Below, in pieces: positions 26,370 to 39,112 of a DNA stretch of 64,000 nucleotides (within the stretch, counting starts at the first letter, position 1; every line of letters starts with the position of its first letter). A program made the position numbers and the translations under genes. The notes beneath the pieces are model-generated. The model was given only the letters and a program-made list of their open reading frames with translations, had not been told where the DNA came from and did no database searches. Origin of the DNA: Callorhinchus milii (taxonomy: Eukaryota); contig NW_024704742.1 of the NCBI RefSeq assembly GCF_018977255.1, positions 88,290,001-88,354,000 of the forward strand, read 5' to 3'.

Positions 26370-27267
26370 TATAGAGTGGTTCTACGGTTAACTAAAGTCT
26401 ACTTGGGGAATTTGTTCATTAAAAAAAAGTAACTAGCTGGCAAATGGCAAATGTCATCATCTTAATGAGAGAAACGCATGTGGAAAAAGTTAATGCATTT
26501 GTTATTCCTTACAAGCATATCTCCCTAAATCAATGCAATATGTGACCATCACACATGCTCCGTCTGCACCCTGGGTAGCTAAATCTCAGCGAATTTCTTG
26601 ATGAGGGTAGATGTGTTTGTATATACATATATATATATATACAGAGAGAGAGAAAGATAGAGAGAGATAAAGGTCAGTCAGTATTTGATGCATTTTACTT
26701 TTCCAGGGTGTTTTGTTATAATTTAGAGGCATTCTCCCTTTTACAACCAGGGTTAAAATCCCGAAGAAGCTAATACCTTTAGATATTTGTTTTGAAAAAG
26801 CTCAGAAGTATTAAAACCAGGGAAGGCTGCAGGGCCAAACTAATGGTTCTTATTATGTGAGAATGTGCTGTTATCAGAAATGGCAGCTATAAAGCAATGA
26901 GAGTAAGCCTTCCTTCTCTGCTAGTAAACACACCGCGACCAGTTATTCAGCTCAGAAAGCATGCAGAAAAATCCCATCTCCATCATTGTTCCTGCCATGT
27001 TTTCATGGATTGTTGGTACTAGTGTCCTCTGTCTTACAAATGCATTACAACCCTCGCGATCCATTTCCAATGGTAATGTCTAATCTGCATTTGGATGATA
27101 TGATTGCATTACTATTAATGAAGGCACAGAGAAAGACAAAGGATGGGATGACTGAGATCCCATTATTAGGCATTCTATCTTGAGTGAATGTGTGATATCT
27201 AATCCTTGGCTAACATCGCAATGAACAACAGATTCGCTTCATTCAGAAACAGAATGTACTTGGTTCT

Positions 27268-27310
27268 GCAGTTGGGTGTAATGGAACTGCAGCAGTTGGG
27301 TGTAATGGAA
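27268..27310. repeat. Short tandem duplication (period 24)
   Basis: GCAGTTGGGTGTAATGGAA at 27268 and 27292. Confidence 0.8.
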
Positions 27311-27504
27311 ATCCCAAGGTTGATTTGTAGCGGTACTAACGCAGAGATGTGTGGTAGCAGAAAGAACATTTCTCTTCCTGCTCCCATATGTCTGAAGAGA
27401 TCCGCATATCGGCTAACCACCGTTATATCAAATGCAAGGATTATTATTATTATATGATATATTCAGTCAATTTCAATCATTGAGGTCTAAAATGCAGCAA
27501 CTTC

Positions 27505-27850
27505 CAAAGGGACTTTTTCAATAAGGACTCTGAGTCACAAATGGAATCCCTTCTGGTAAGCAGAAGTATGTGACGCAGGGCATACCTTTAAGATAATTAA
27601 CAAAAGGGCTAAGAGAGGGCTAAAGAGACATTTGTTTTACACAGGAGGTTGTCAGGGCAAAACTAGTACAGTGACTGTGGCAGAATCCATATACACCTTT
27701 AAGAGAGAATTAGATAAATATCTGAAAAGGTTAAATAAAAAGGGTTTGAGGGAAAAGGCAGGAGAATGGGGCTAAATGGAAAGTTCTTTCAGAGAGCCAG
27801 CATGGATGTGAACGGCTGAATTGTGCTTCTGTGCCATAAATTTCTGTGGT
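27505..27850 (+). mobile_element. CR1 LINE 3' fragment
   Basis: ACGCAGGGCATACCTTTAAG, TTTTACACAGGAGG, TTTAAGAGAGAATTAGATAAATATCTG and tail GGCTGAATTGTGCTTCTGTG. Confidence 0.7.
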
Positions 27851-28218
27851 TCAGAAACACGGGTACTTGGCTCCAGAAGTAAAACTTGTGTCTAATGGGT
27901 TTGCATGTTTTGATGTCTTGTTATTGGCAGAAATGCCATTTGCTGTGTTGCAGACACCTGTGTGTGTTTTCAGTCTGCATGCTGACCCTACTGATTGCTT
28001 CCCTTCACTCTGGCTCTGGGGTGATGGGGGACCCAGTGAAGAGGAGGAGTCAGTCACATGAAAACACAAAGCAATCCTTCCCAAACCTAATCTTCACTGT
28101 GAAAACCTAGGTACGTTCATCACCACGACGTTTGGAAGAGAATGCTTTAACATGCTTTTCATCTCATCACACATCTGAAAAATGTTGCAAAAAGTCACAT
28201 TGCTATAGCATTATACAA

Positions 28219-29084
28219 TACAACAACGACAAGATTACATTTATATAGCGTCTTTCACGTTGGGAGGATGTCCCAAAGCGCTGGACAGTGTACAGCATTT
28301 CAGACCCGAGCTGGAGTCAGGGGGGAAGAAGGGAGGGGAGGGGAAGGGGGGTGGCCGATGGCATGGTCGAGCAGGAGAGTCTTGAAGGAGGCTAAGGAGG
28401 GGGCGAGGCAGAGTGACTGGGGGATGGAATTCCAGAGGCTGGGGGCAGAGAGACTGAAGGCTCTCCTGCCAATGGTGGGGCGGGTGGGTCAGGGGAAATG
28501 GAGCAGACCGGAGCCAGCTGAGCGGAAGGAGTGGGCGGGTTGGTAGGGGATTAGGAGGTCGCAGAGATAGAGAGGGGCGAGGCCATGGAGGGCTTTGTAT
28601 GTGAGGACCAGGATCTTGAACTGGATCCTCTGAAGGATAGGGAGCCAATGGGGTTGGGCGAGAATGGGGGAGATGGGGTCACGGAGTTTGGTGCGGGAGA
28701 GGACACGGACTGCAGAGTTCTGGATTATCTGCAGCCTGTGGAGGGAGGAGTTGGGAAGGCCGACAAGCAGGGAGTTTGCATAGTCGAACCTTGAGGTGAT
28801 GAAGACATGATCAAGAGTTTCAGTGGCCTGAGGGGTGAGGTAGTGGCGGAGTCAGGTGATGTTAAGGAGGTGAGGGAAAGCAGAGAGGGTCATGGCTTGG
28901 ATGTGGCGAAGAAAAGACAGTTGAGGGTCGAACAAGACACCGAGGTTCCTCACTGGTTTGGTGAGTTGTAGTGAGCAACCATGGAGGTTGATGCTGCCAC
29001 AGCCTGAGGTGCTGAGGCGCTGGCGGGAGACAATCAGGAGGGCCTCAGTCTTGTTCACATTCAACTGCAGGAAATTTGCCCTCA
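28219..29084 (-). mobile_element. 5'-truncated L2 LINE, same subfamily as 17135-18342
   Basis: Near-collinear with 17135-18007; RANFLQLNVNKTEALL, VRNLGVLFDPQLSFL. Confidence 0.9.
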
Positions 29085-29139
29085 CAGTGTCAAGTTCAGC
29101 TGTAATTGAAATGCCCATCTCTCTATTTAAATTGCTTGG

Positions 29140-29430
29140 GATCAGCTGGTTGGCTAACACATGCAGAAATCCATCACCATGCTTAATAATATCCAAACCA
29201 GACTGAAAGTTGCATGTATGCCACTAACACTTCTGAAATGCAATTGTGCACTCTCTCCGTGGAGGGACACATCCTGCTTATCTAAATCCAGAGCATGTTG
29301 GCAAGAGCCAAGGCTTGGGGAACCAAGGGTGTGAACTCTAGTACTGCTGGAGTTTAACCAGCTAAAGCCATTTATTAAAAGCACTGACTGGCAAGCTTCC
29401 TGACGCTTGTCCAGCGAGGACTACCCTATC
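29140..29430 (-). mobile_element. Family X copy
   Basis: ACACATGCAGAAATCCATCACCATGC...ATCCAAACCAGACTGAAAG...GGAGGGACACATCCTGCTTATCTAA...TGGCAAGCTTCC. Confidence 0.62.
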
Positions 29431-29937
29431 TGGCCTCAAAAAGGAGGGGAGTTTCTCCTGGGCACCTGGCTGGCAATCCCCCAATAAATTGGTCATTCAC
29501 TTTGTTGCTGTTGGGATCGTGTCACAATGCCAAAGTGACTGACTCCAAATACAGAATCACTGCACTTGACCGGAATTACCTGTGAAATTACAAGTATTTT
29601 GACTTAATAGACACTACATCAAATGCAAGGATTATTATTACTAGTGATCAGGATTAAAAGATTACAGAATATCTAATCACATTTTATTCCGATATTAAAA
29701 TATCTACAGGTAAATGTACATTTCAGTTCTTCCACGTGAACTGAACTTCAGCCTGGCCCTCCAATAGACGAGAGCGCTCTGGGACATAATAGCATGATGC
29801 GGCCTGTGAAACAGAATAGGTGAGAGGCCGTGGCATGACCCTCCAATAAACCAGAGGCTTCTGTGATGTATCTGAGCATGTGTGCCCAAATGAGTGCCCG
29901 TACGAGTAACATCGCTCTCCTTGTGGCTCGGGAGAAC

Positions 29938-30016
29938 CTATGCCTAACTCGCCACTCGGGATACCTCTCTGCTGAGCCTTATTCCCCTGGAGTGACAAGT
30001 TATCAGGAGTTTACTG
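29938..30016. mobile_element. Right end of a second copy of the same MITE
   Basis: ATGCCTAACTCGCCA...GAGTGACAAGTTATCAGGAGTTTACTG-TA matches 25653-25729. Confidence 0.68.
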
Positions 30017-31166
30017 TATATCTATACACTGTATATTTATATACTGTAAATGCACTCACAGAGCATCTTCTATACAACACCTCCTCAACATGAATTAGTT
30101 TTAAGAATCACAGACAATAATACTTCTTGTAGGACTGTAACGTTGCTTACTAATGCTTCCAATAAAATCTGAAACCACGCAGTAAACCTTAAGAGTCAGC
30201 CTTCAATGAAGGGAATAGAATGCACGAGCCAGGTGCCAAATACCAAAAGCTGCTTGCAATCTTCAGCATTGGAGGTTAGCTGTGACAGGCTGGCTCCCTG
30301 TCACAGAGAGCGAATTCATTTCAAAGTTGATATAAAGGCGGTGGTTGATGTGCTGGCACTCAACACTGATAGAATAAAAATAAAAACTTCAATTTTCTTC
30401 ACCTGTACTCTTTTTGGCATTAGTTGTAATAGGTCAGTCTGCTTTAATCCAGCACATTTTTCTTACAAGTCTGATTTTCCCTTTGTGGCAGTGCACACTG
30501 GCTGTGGGAGTGGACTTTTTATTTAGCTAATGAGGAAGGAAAAATACTGGCATCGATCCACCAGATAAAATACGACTGGGTACAAATACAATTTTTTTCC
30601 TAAAGCTGGCAAAATGCAAATAGCTTTTTTAAAAAAGCACATTTTGGTTTATTACTGGGCTTTGATGGGTCAAGACGGGAGCAAGACTGAGAGAGGTGGG
30701 CATAATAATAAAATGACAATCCTTGCATTTGACATAGCTCCTTTTACGTTGAGAGGACGGCTCAAAGTGCTTCACAGGATTTACTGCAAAGTGATTTACT
30801 TCATTTTGCAGGCAGCCAATTTACGCCCAGCTTTTATGCAAGTGATTTAAACCATTTACTCCACCAATAAACAAAGGAAATGGGTTAAGAAACTACTGCC
30901 CCATTGTGGATGCTAGTGTATTTTTCCAAGCACAAAATTATCCAACAGAACACTCCAAACCTTTCTTTCATGCATTTCAACATTAATTTCAGAATGTTTG
31001 AAATTGGCGACTCTAACTCATCACTTTCTCCACACTGTGCATGGGATCAAGGAAATAAAATAAAAATTTAGTAACTCAATCCGTGACTATTTTTGGGACA
31101 CTGCTGTGCGCATTTGGCGGCCATGTTTCACCCACAAAATATACAGTCAATTCACATTACAATATA

Positions 31167-31650
31167 AAAACAAAATGCAAAATACTGCAGATGCTAGAAA
31201 TCTGAAACAAAAACAGAAGTCACTGGGAACATGTTGGGAGGGAGAGGCTTTGAAGAACTAATGGAGAGTGGAGAGGCAGGGCAAGGAAGACAAAGGAGAA
31301 AATGGGGTAGAGGACAGGGGATGATGGGTTAAAGAGGTGTGTCTAGGACCACATCATCACATCAGACAAACCTTTTCTCTCTTTGGTCTGCTTGTTTTGT
31401 TGCAATTTCCCCCCTTTGTTTTGCATCATTAATTCCTCTTTAACCCATCATCCCCTGTCCTCTACCCCATTTTCTCCTTTGTCTTCCTTGCCCTGCCTCT
31501 CCACTCTCCATTAGTTCTTCAAAGCCTCTCCCTCCCAACATGCCCCAGTTCGGACGAAGGGTCGTGGACCCTAAACGTTGACTCACTTTCCTTTCTCCGT
31601 AGATACTGCCTGACCTGCTGAGTGTTCCTCGCGACTTCTGTTTCAGTTTG
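31167..31650 (+). mobile_element. Penelope-like fold-back insertion inside a SINE
   Basis: Same termini as 60336-60552. 13-bp TSD ACATTACA(A/G)TATA at 31154-31166 and 31651-31663. Degenerate hammerhead motif at 31547-31584. Confidence 0.75.
31230..31542. repeat. Perfect 108-bp inverted repeat with 97-bp spacer
   Basis: 31230-31337 is the exact reverse complement of 31435-31542, checked base by base. Confidence 0.95.
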
Positions 31651-32889
31651 ACATTACAGTATATTCTGTGAAGCGCTTTGAGATGTCTCGAAGACATTAT
31701 AAAACGCTGTATCAAATTCAAGAACTATTATTATTATTATAGGATCAAGTAAAAGATGACCAGCACATTCCTGTGTTGATGTAAACAGGATTAGCACATA
31801 CAACTGGTCTGAATTCCACTGAGGTCAATCTAACCAATGGCTAGCCTATTTGTGAAGGTGCCTTTGATCTGAAAGGAAACAATTGACATTCATCACCTTT
31901 GATATTTTACATCTTTGCTGCGGTTGATTTGGGTTATGTGTAAGAGCTTACTCTCCCTGGTGCGAATGCCACTAAGTTCTTAACCACATTCAAAGCCTTT
32001 TTTGACAGCAATGGTATGTGATTGAATGCTATGTAGCGATGGTTGTTAAAGAGGCACCATCGTTTGCTTAGGAGAAAGAGGAGGAAGTTCTTTATGATAA
32101 CAGGGCATAGCTTTATCACTGGGCTGTGGCCACGCTGTGTAAAGTGGTGATGGACAGAAATGTAACGGTGCCATATTGTGACAAATATGTTCCTCCCCTT
32201 ATCTCTTCATTTCCCTCTCCCTCTATCCCTCCTTCTCTCTCCTCTCAATCTACCTTTAAATCTTGCCTAAAAACCTACCTCTTTATTCCTACAGTCACTT
32301 CTTCCTTCCTCCCCCCACCCTTCCTGGCTCGTTGTTGTACCCAGTGTTTGTGGAGCACTTCGAATCACTTCATTATCTTACATAAACAGCTATATAGATG
32401 CAAATGGTTATTATTACCAGTGATAATTAACACATTGTTCATAAAGGCATTTGAGAGAGTCAATGAAAAATAATGGGCATGGATTAGATTCCCTTCAATC
32501 CCCCACCCCCATCCGATTCCATCACAATATTTGAGCCCAATGCCTATACCACAGTGATTAGTGAGCCTGTGGATCATGAAACTTTAATGTTGTTTGACTG
32601 TATATTTTATGGCTGAAACGCGCAGCCAATTGCGCACAACAATGTCCCACAAACAGTCATGGATTGACCAGTCTATTATTATTGTTTTCTTTAAGGAATT
32701 TTTTTTTGTCTTCAGGCAATGGGGAAAAGCTAAGGTGGGGAGTAATAATCTTATTATTGACTGGACAAATTGATTGCATTTATCAACAAGTCAATAATTA
32801 TTATCAGATAGAAATTTTCTGGTCTTTGAGGCTGTCCTACTATTTCATTAGATCACCCCAGATCTTCTAATCCCAGTTTCGCAACATTA

Positions 32890-33030
32890 CAAGATTGGTT
32901 TGAATGAAAAAGGCCCTTTGGCCCATCTAATCTAACCCTCCAGAACACCCACCCTATCTAGGCATTAACCTGCTTTTTAAATGAGTTCAGTGCCCTGGCC
33001 TCATCACCTTTCCTGACAACCTGTTCCTGA
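32890..33030 (-). mobile_element. Degenerate CR1 3' tail
   Basis: AGGCCCTTTGGCCCATCTAATCT...TTTTTAAATGAGTTCAG...CCTGACAACCTGTTCC resembles the reverse complement of 2080-2210. Confidence 0.5.
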
Positions 33031-33602
33031 TTTAGTTCCTGTCTTTCATTATCCTGCCTTTCCTCCACATACCTTAAAAGTCTTATTTTCCGAGTATCTC
33101 TTTATAAAACAGTCAAATTGTTGCCAAGCCATTTTTTCTGAGCCAATAAACATTGTGAATCTCCTTCCGTGTGAATTTCAAAACCATATAATTGAGAGAA
33201 TTGTGGCAGCTCCCAATTTGCTATTGGAATTGATAGTGTCATGCAGATAGTTTATATTAGCATAGGAATTTCTGCCTTGCAAGTTATAAATTCCTGATGA
33301 TACAACTCAGCATAACTTGAGGAACATTCCTGTATATCTTTAACAGGAGATGGCTTGTAGCTTGAGAACTTGACCTTGAGCCATGCTAAAAAAACTCAGT
33401 TCGTAGTACTAAATCAAGTGATAAAACAGTAAAGCACACGCATGACCTAATGTGTAAAGGCACCAAGCATTAAGCTATACAGATGGGATGGTTGTAGGTT
33501 CGAAGCTGTGTCTTGAAAGCTGAGCTTGGTCTGGGTGGAACTTCTACAATAGACCTTAGTAACCCTGTACAGGAAGTGTGTGTGGCTGAGCTTCAAATGA
33601 AG

Positions 33603-35830
33603 ACAACAACAACAACAACAACAAATTGCATTTATATAGCCCCCTCCATGTCGGGCGGCGTCTCAGAGCGTTTAACAATGGTGGAGCCCAACGCCGAGCT
33701 TGGGGGAAGGGGAAGGTGACCATAGGAACGGTCAAATAGGAAGGTGTTCAGGCGTGACCTGAAGGTGGGGAAGGAGGCGGCAAGGCAAATGGGTTGAGGG
33801 AGGGGGTTCCAAAGTTTCGGGGCGTAGTGGCTGAAGACATGGCCGCGATGGTGGAGCGGAGGATTCGGGCGATGTGGAGGAGGCCGAACCCAATAGAGCG
33901 GAGGCAGCGGGTACTGCTGAGGGAAGAGAGGAGGTTAGAGAGATGGGGGTGTGCCAAGGAATGGAGGGATTTAAACACTAGAGTGAGGATCTTGAAGTTC
34001 ATCCGCTCTGTGACAGGGAGCCAGTGGAGTTTAATAATAATAATCCTTGCATTTGATATAGCGCTTTTCACGTCAGGAGGACGTCCCAAAGCGCTTCACA
34101 GAATACACTGTAAAGTGAATTGACTGTATATTTGTGGGCGAACGCGGCAGCCAATTGCGCACAGCAATGTCCCACAAACAGTCGTAGATTGAAAATGACC
34201 AATTTAATTATTGTTTTTTGGTTTTTTGGAGGGATTATTATTAGGCGTGTGGAGTAAGGAAACTTGCCCAAGGTTTCGCCCTGCCTGGAATTGAACTCAG
34301 GTCTCTCACTTGCAAAGCGAGTGCTCTAACCACTGAGCTACAGGACAGGAGTTTGGCAAGGATTGGAGTAATCGGGGTACGAAGTTTAGTGCAGGTGAGA
34401 ATGTGGGCAGCAGAGTTTTGAATGAACTGGATTTTGTGAGTAGTGAAGGAGGGGAGACCGGCGAGGGGGTTATTAGAGTTGTCCAGCCGAGAGGTGACAA
34501 AGGCATGGACAAGGTTTTGGCAACTTTTGGGGTAAGCTATTGTCGGAGACCGGCAAAGATGGAAGAAAGCGGTGCTGGTCAGGGACTGGATGTGGGAGAG
34601 GAAGGATAACTGGGGATCGAACCTGACGACTAAGTTGCGCATGGGTTCAGAGAGTTTTAAGGACAGGTCAGGTAGGTTGAGGAGATCGAAGCTGTGGGAC
34701 AGAAGAAGTCGACGGGAACCTAAGAGTTTGGCTTCCATCTTGTTGACGTTTAACTGCAGGAAATTTGTGCTCATCCAGCTTCCGATGTTCGACAAACAAG
34801 CTGACAGAACATCAGGGGACTGGGGGTCACATCTGCAGTGAAAAAGTAGAGTTGAGCGTCATCCGCATACATGTGGAAGTTAATCCCGTGTCTGCGGATG
34901 ACATCACCGAGAGGGAGCATACAGATGAGGAAGGGAAGGGGGCAAAGGATGGATCCCGGGGCTATCCCGCAGGTGACCGGGTAGAAGCGCGAAGAAGAGG
35001 CATTTGCAGAAATGTAGTATTGGAGGTTTGTAAGATAGGACGCGAACCAAACGAGTACGGTCCCACTGAGGTGGATAATGGAGGACAGGCGGTGGGGGAG
35101 GATGGCGTGAATGCAGTGGAGAGGTCCAGGATGACGAGGAGGCAGAGGGAGCCCTGGTCACAGATAGAGAGGATATTATTTGTGACTTTCATGAGCGCTG
35201 TCTCTGTACTTTGGGCAGGGCGGTAACCGGACTGGAGGGGCTCGAGTTGGGTGTAGAGGGAGAGTTGTGCGTGAGTTTAGTTAGCAGCAATGCGTTCCAG
35301 AGCTTTGGCAAGGAAGGGCAGGTTTGAGAAAGGGTGGTAGTGGCCGAGGTTGGAGGGACCGAGGGTAGGTTTTTTAGGAAGGTGGGTGATGACAGTGGTT
35401 TTGAGGGCGAGTGGGACTGATCCTGAGGAGAGATACTGGTTAATAGTGTCTGCCAGCAGTGGGCAGAGGAGGGGGAGCTGAGTGATCAGCAATTAGGTGG
35501 GGAGCAGGTGGTGGGTTTCATTGTGGTGATGGTGGATGAGAGGAAGGAAGGAGAGATAGGGGCAACTGAATGTAGGATGGGGGCCGTGGTAGGAGCTGAG
35601 GGCTGGGTGGGTGAAGAAGATGGAATGGGGTTGGTGGACGGTGACACGGGGCAAAAGGATGAAGCAGCCAGGCGGATGCTGTCAATTTTAGAGGTAAGGA
35701 AGTCCATGACCTCTTTGCACTTGGGGTTAGGTGTGACGATTGAGGATGCTAGAGCGGGCGCACGGAGGAGGTGGTGGGCAGTGGAGATTAGGATTTTGGA
35801 GTTATTGTTGGCCTCCAGTAGGATGTTTGA
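33603..35830 (-). mobile_element. Older L2 LINE fragment (linker, RT, tail) interrupted by a SINE
   Basis: Minus-strand [66 protein letters not shown]; (CAA)n tail at 33603. Confidence 0.88.
34033..34347 (-). mobile_element. Young tRNA-Ala SINE inserted in an L2
   Basis: Same family; TSD GGAGTTT at 34026-34032 and 34348-34354 splits the L2 AKLHWLP codons. Confidence 0.92.
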
Positions 35831-36784
35831 CAAGACAAGCTATATTACTGTCCACACATTATGTAGCTTCATGCATGAAAATGGATATGGCCAGGATTTG
35901 TCCTGGACTTGGGCCAGCAACCACAGATATGAATAGCATGATGTTTTTCTACAAAATACACAGTCACTGCATATTACAGTAAAACCCTATGAAAGGCTTT
36001 GAGGTATCCTCTCAATGTGAAAAGCCCCATATCAAATGCAAGGATTATTGCTATTTATATGATAAATCCAAGAAACTTCAAGAGACAAGAGCACTGGAAT
36101 AACTAATTCCTGATAGTGCCTTGGCATTTTAGTGTACTCAGATCTGGAACAGACTTTTCCTGTGGGATTTTGTTCATTCTTTCTTTCACTGTCTTTACCT
36201 CAATGCTTTTCCTGCCCAACGTGGGAGTGAGAATACACTGCGTGAGTATGGAAGCAATTAAATTGCAGGCTTGAGGTATTTTTATCTAAGGTGTTCAGAA
36301 TCCTTTAAATCCACTGGGGACGTGTCAAAAAAACATATGTCAGATTCAGGAAAAATAAGTTTTATATCATCACTAATTTGGAATTTCGGAAGAGAAGTTC
36401 CTTCACCCCATTGAGTCCACACTGCTTCGGACCACAACGCACAACCACTTTCCTTTAATCCACGACCACCATCTCCTGCTTCAATCTCTTTAAGGGTTGA
36501 AGGAATCTGACTGCAAAATTAAGGCCAAATTTAAGAATTTTCCACAATTTTGAAAGTCTTACATTTTGCAAGCTAAGACTGGATGGAACATTTGGAATAA
36601 AGTATGGAGTTTCTCATGAGATTTCTTTATAAGGAATCCATTAGAAATCTGGTGAGAATTGTACTCTGGAAGTAGATCAGATCATATTCAAACCGAGTTC
36701 CGGTGGGAGAGCATGACTTATCTATCATAGCTTCTATGATAATATCAGATAATATCGTCCCTCGGGGCGTGCCTCAGATTCCTT

Positions 36785-37178
36785 ATTAGAACACATTAGA
36801 ATACATTAGAACATCCAACACAGAAACAGGCCATTCGGCCCAATTGATCTATGCCGGCATTTATGCTCCACATGACCCTCCTCCTGCCCTTTCTCAACTA
36901 AGCCTATCCAGCATAACCTTCTATTTCTTTCTCCGTCATCTAGCTTCCCCTTAAATACATCTATTCTATTCCCCTCAACTACTCCTTGTGGGAGCATATT
37001 CCACATTCCCACCACTCTCTGGGTAAAGGCGTTTCTTCTGACTTCCCTATTTGATCTATTTGTGACTATTTTATATTGATGACCCCTGGTTTTGGTCTCC
37101 CACAAGTGGAAACATCTTCCCTCTATCTACCCTATCAAAACTTTCATAAGTTTAAAGACCTCTATCAAGAGAAAAGAG
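36785..37178 (-). mobile_element. CR1 LINE 3' fragment
   Basis: Minus-strand TKTRGHQYKI...RRNAFTQRVVGMWNMLPQGVVE...FKGKLD; tail with short ATTAGAA repeats. Confidence 0.88.
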
Positions 37179-37249
37179 TCCAAGTATGTGCTTGCCACTG
37201 ACTCATGGTTTCAAAATGATTCCCTGCAGCCATTTTGATAAACAATGTG

Positions 37250-37660
37250 AAACATGGAAGTTCAAATTCCCTTGGGGGAAGGCTGGGTTTAGCTGCTTTA
37301 TAACCCAATTGAGAATCAGCTCTGGTTGCAAGCCAAAGCCCTAATGCTTTGGGTGGTCCTGGCTGGACAAGCAGTGAGGAGCTTGCCAGACAGTGCTCTC
37401 AATGGCAAGCTATGCAGTTTTACTTGAATTATACTCCAGCACACAAAGCAGTCCCGAAACCTTGGCTCTTGCCAACCTGAGACTAATATTCTCTGGAATT
37501 AGGTAAGGAGGATGAGTCCCTCTGGGGAGAAAGAGTGAGTATCCAAACACGGAAATTTCTATGTGGGGGTGGTTTGCTTCAACTCTCTTGGTTTGGATAC
37601 TTGACAGCATGGCAATGGGTTCCTCATGTGTCAGACACCCCACTGACCAAATAAAATAAC
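37250..37660 (+). mobile_element. Unclassified old SINE-like family X, longest copy
   Basis: B-box-like GTTCAAATTCC near 37260; body GGTGGTCC...AGCTTGCCAGACA; 3' end TTGGTTTGGATACT...GTCAGACACCCCACTGACC plus A-rich tail. Five further copies in this window. Confidence 0.6.
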
Positions 37661-37711
37661 TGAAAGATCAAGGTAGGAAATCCATCTTTTGTGGCCATTT
37701 TTTTGAATAGG

Positions 37712-37980
37712 TGTCAGCATAACTGAATTGGTTGCACTTTGGTCTCTGAATCAGAAGATTGTGGCTTCATCAGTTTTGAGTGAATAGTCAAAGCTGGAAT
37801 TATAATGAGTTGCTGAGGGAGTGCTGAATATCAGAGGTGCCATTAAACCAAGGTCTCCTCTGCCTGTTCAGGTGGCCATTAATGATTTCATGGCACAATT
37901 CAAAAGTGGATGAAAGTTTCTCCTGGTGTCCTGGCCATCAAACTCCCAGACATGTGTATCTGCCTTCAAATGCAGTACAC
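37712..37980 (+). mobile_element. Deu-domain SINE (degenerate)
   Basis: TGAGGGAGTGCTG...AGAGGTGCC...CTGCCTGTTCAGGTGG...CTCCTGGTGTCCTGGCC. Confidence 0.7.
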
Positions 37981-38989
37981 TACAAGATATGTCAGTTTAA
38001 CAAATAATAATAATAATAATCCTTGCACTTGATATTGCACCTTATCACATCGTTGAGATAGAATATATTGTAAAGTGAATTGATTGTGTGTTTTGTGGGT
38101 GAAATGCAAGGATTATTATTTGTTTATTTATTTATTAATTGGAAGAGACAATTTCTGCCAACCAGGTCTTCAGACTTGGTTTTGGAATCCATAGCCATAA
38201 ATGCTCATCCCACTAGTCAACATTAAGGTAGTCTCAGGTTGGTAACCTGAATGTTCCGTAAAATTTGCTGGTGTCTAATATGTGACAATTCCTTCTGACA
38301 CTTCATACTAGGGAAACTGGAAACATGTCACAGTGGCTGACAGAAGTTCCACTCCTAAAGCAAAGTACCCAATGGAACAATCCCTGGTTTGGTATGATAA
38401 TGCATGATGTACTTGATTGCTTATTAAAGAATCCCATTAGAAATCAACACTCAATAGATGTTTGAATTTCGAGAATAGATAAAGCCACTTGCACTAAATT
38501 CCAAGTTAAGTAAAACAGAGATAACGTAATGGCACATTACATACATCATGCTTATCTCTACGAGTTTCATACTTTAGTGGTTAACAACTAGAACCCACCA
38601 ATTGCTCAAGGGAATTATGTGAAGATATTGAAAACATGCTGTGCATTGCTTACAAAAAATGATTTACAGTATCCTCTGGGCTCTGCAAGATGCTGAGCCA
38701 GGTGGAAGACATATTTTCACAAGGTTATACAGTCAAACGATTTTTACAAGCCTTTCTGATTAATAGGCACTGCGTTTGGACTTTCCTTATGTGACCCATT
38801 TTGAATTCTTATATGACCCATTTTGAAATGTTAATGCTGCCAAATTTGTCAGATAAGAATTGATAGGTAGAGCTAAGAAAAGTATGATCACCTCCGAGGT
38901 AACCCAACAGCTGCAAACCCAGGCAATAGAATTTCTGTGCAAATTATATTGAAGGGACTCTTACAGTGTGTGAAGGCATAATTAATACC

Positions 38990-39112
38990 AATTATAACCG
39001 GTTATAATAATTAACAATAATTCTTCACTGATAATTATCACCGGTCATCGATAATTATTACTGGTGATAATCATAACTTCACTAATAATTATTGCTGGTG
39101 ATAATTATCACA
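38990..39112. repeat. Degenerate palindromic minisatellite built on ATAATTATCACCGGTG
   Basis: Units include TTATAACCGGTTATAA, TGATAATTATCACCGGT, GATAATTATTACTGGTGATAAT and GTGATAATTATCAC. Confidence 0.6.

Larger units (their letters stand above)
31070..31740 (+). mobile_element. tRNA-Ala SINE 3' half split by the Penelope-like insertion
   Basis: Body at 31070-31166 rejoins tail at 31664-31740 once the insert and one TSD copy are removed. Confidence 0.8.
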
